DNA from: the human T2T-CHM13v2.0 reference genome, Homo sapiens
Assembly: GCF_009914755.1 (NCBI RefSeq)
Contig: NC_060926.1
DNA: 64,000 nucleotides
Strand: one strand, 5' to 3'
The translations under genes and the position numbers were made by a program. Shown one piece after another: positions 61,280 through 64,000 of this stretch. The number at the start of each line of letters is the position of its first letter. Position 1 is the stretch's first letter. Below the pieces are notes generated by a model. The model did no database searches. It saw only the letters and a list, made by a program, of their open reading frames with translations, and was not told the DNA's origin.

Positions 61280-61995
61280 ACCCTGATACCGCGTGGTGTG
61301 CTCCGAACACATGGTGCCCAGAACGAAGGCGGCGTCCAGAAGCCCTAGGTCCCAGCGGTCCGCTCAGCGGCAGGCGCATAAGGCGGGGCCGGCGCGGGCC
61401 TTTCCTTCCATCGGAACCGTTCTCCCGGGGCTGAGTCCCTGCCCGGACTCCGAACGCCGAAGACCAGGGGCCGGAAGCGCGCGCCGCCACTGCCGCGCCG
61501 TGTCAGTCGGGAGGGAGGGAGCGAGCAGGCGAAGCCGCGGAGGACGGGGTGAAGATGGCGGCCTTCTCCGGTGCGTTTGTGGAAACTCTGGGGGTGGTGG
61601 GGCGGCTTGTTGCACGCCTCAGCCCTGGGGCCGCCCGCGGAGAGCTAAAGGGGCGGGAGCGGACAGGGGTCAGGGAGACAGAAGGGCGCTGTCCGCTGCA
61701 GTCCCTGATGGACCCGCGTTGCGGGATCAGGGGCCGCCGCGGCTCGGGTTCGGAGGACGATTCTTCCCAGGAGCGGGCCGGAACGTCCCTCCCCCTGCCC
61801 TTTCCCTTCTACCAGTCTCCACTTGGCTTTCCTGCCAGTGCACCTTCGGCTGCAAAATCTAGGCGGCGGCGTTGCTCTGGCGGCTCCCAGACGCCTGGGC
61901 CTCCTGCCTCTTAACGTGGCAGTGACCCTTTGGGAACCCTTTTCTGCCCGCGGCTCATCTGGGCTTGGCCAGGCAGAGAGGCGAGACGGCGTGGG
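61280..61995 (+). promoter_or_regulatory. DDX1: DDX1 CpG-island promoter
   Basis: Dense CpG; ETS CCGGAAG at 61471; GCGCGCGC; GC boxes; YY1 AAGATGGCGGC over the ATG. Confidence 0.88.
61555..61570 (+). CDS. DDX1: DDX1 first coding exon (MAAFS + G), DEAD-box RNA helicase; exon 2 lies beyond the window
   Basis: GAAGATGGCGGCCTTCTCCG|gtgcgt matches the DDX1 N-terminus MAAFSE; CpG island; known head-to-head arrangement with NBAS. Confidence 0.93.
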
Positions 61996-62517
61996 GAGGA
62001 GTCATTGGGGAAAAATGACGATCCTGCCTCTGTCCAGTTTTTTCAGGCCCTTCCAAAACGTCCCAGGCATAAACCTGATCTTTATTTGTTCTTAAACGTT
62101 GTTATATCAACATTAATGTTCAGTGTTGAAGCTAAAGGGAAAGCATTTTCATTAACGTACGCACCAGTCCAACATAAGTTTGGAAAATTCATATTTATTT
62201 GCCGTCTGCTACCCTCCTTTATTCCAAATATGATTTGATATGGCTTATCGAACCCTACAGTTGATATTTTCGCCTCTTGCTTTATCATCCTCCTGTTAGG
62301 CATCCAGTTTTAGGAAGCTGTAATCAGCCTTAAATGCGCTAAACGTGATACATTTATGTAGCACTTATGTAACGTTTATTGCTATATAAATGTATCACGT
62401 TAGGCCTAATGTCCTTTAATGTTATTAACTTTTTAAGATGACTTCAGATGTAGTATTTTATATTTTTTAGTTTTCTTCTGTAAGAATATTAGGAATTCCA
62501 TATCTCCAGTCATGTAA

Positions 62518-62808
<291 letters not shown>

Positions 62809-63413
62809 AACAGTCATGTAAGATTTCTGACTGTTTCAGTTACATCTTCTAATAGGATTCAATTGGAAACTGCTCAGAGTTGTTGCTGTTTTTCTTTTCC
62901 CAACATTCTCCTAAAACGATTTTAGAGCCAAGGTCTGTAGGATAGTTCTAGGTAGTCATTTTATAGGTTCACATCTTTGGGAGTCATACACAAATTTCAT
63001 GAATGTTAGAGGTAAAGGACTGGAAAAAGTCTGTGATATGAAATAAGACAAAACTGGAATTTCACGAATGTTTCTAATTTTTCCTTAACTGTTAAAAGTA
63101 TTATACTTAAGGTCCGCTTTCAAAGAAAACTTGCAGGGAACATGACCAGAATGGTACAAGAGATTGTCTGGAATTTACTGAAAATGATATGTTGTTTCTT
63201 GTATAACAATTTTGCAAACAGCTTCAGCTTGCAGTATTCCGTATGCAGTAAGAACACACCACTCCTTTGTTTCAAGCAGTTTGCATTTTAGGAGAGAGAA
63301 CATAGACTGTAATACAGGTTAATTCTTAGGAAGGTCTGCCTGGATATTCAACTTTAGATCTTCATTAGTTTATCTGTGGCTTTTTTTTTTCCTGAGATTA
63401 AGAGCTAGGAAAG

Positions 63414-63728
<315 letters not shown>

Positions 63729-64000
63729 AGAGTTAGGAGAGCCTTCTTTGAAAATGATGATCCTTCTCATCTGATGCAAAGAAAAAGCTACATAATTTTA
63801 TGAAGAATATTTTCAGTTTGTATGTTTGCTTTATGCCTTTTCACAATGGCAAGAAATACAGAATTTCAGAATTGGTTATTTCTGGGGCTTGGGAATGTTT
63901 GATTCTTGTTCTTTTTTTTATAGGAATATATATTTTTATGATAAAGCTATATTTTATAAATACAGACTTAAAATAAAAATCACTTGTCTTTTGGAAGGAA

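Noticed and set aside
61242-62238. Long ORFs over the DDX1 island and an in-frame GTG at 61549
   Set aside because: GC-rich stop depletion; the real CDS splices at 61570

Overview
Primate (almost certainly human) DNA from the 2p24.3 NBAS-DDX1 locus. The minus strand carries NBAS coding exons 1-9 (ATG at 30901; the gene continues off the left edge). All splice sites are GT-AG and the joined frame is open. The window encodes Val at codon 243, where I recall Ile in the reference protein. The plus strand carries the DDX1 CpG-island promoter and first coding exon (ATG 61555, MAAFS). The rest is repeat-rich: about 35 Alus, a 5'-truncated SVA, L1/L2/MIR relics, DNA transposons, ERV1/ERVL/MaLR LTRs and an ERV-L integrase/dUTPase relic. 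Main discovery candidate: the intergenic DNA at about 33.7-42.9 kb holds about 14 collinear, stop- and frameshift-riddled segments resembling SMC6 from N-terminus to C-terminus, several bounded by splice sites. I interpret this as an ancient intron-containing SMC6-paralogue pseudogene lying head-to-head with NBAS. The alignments were made by eye against a recalled SMC6 sequence and need computational confirmation. Repeat family names and boundaries are approximate. Nearly all ORFs in the supplied track are repeat or CpG-island artefacts.
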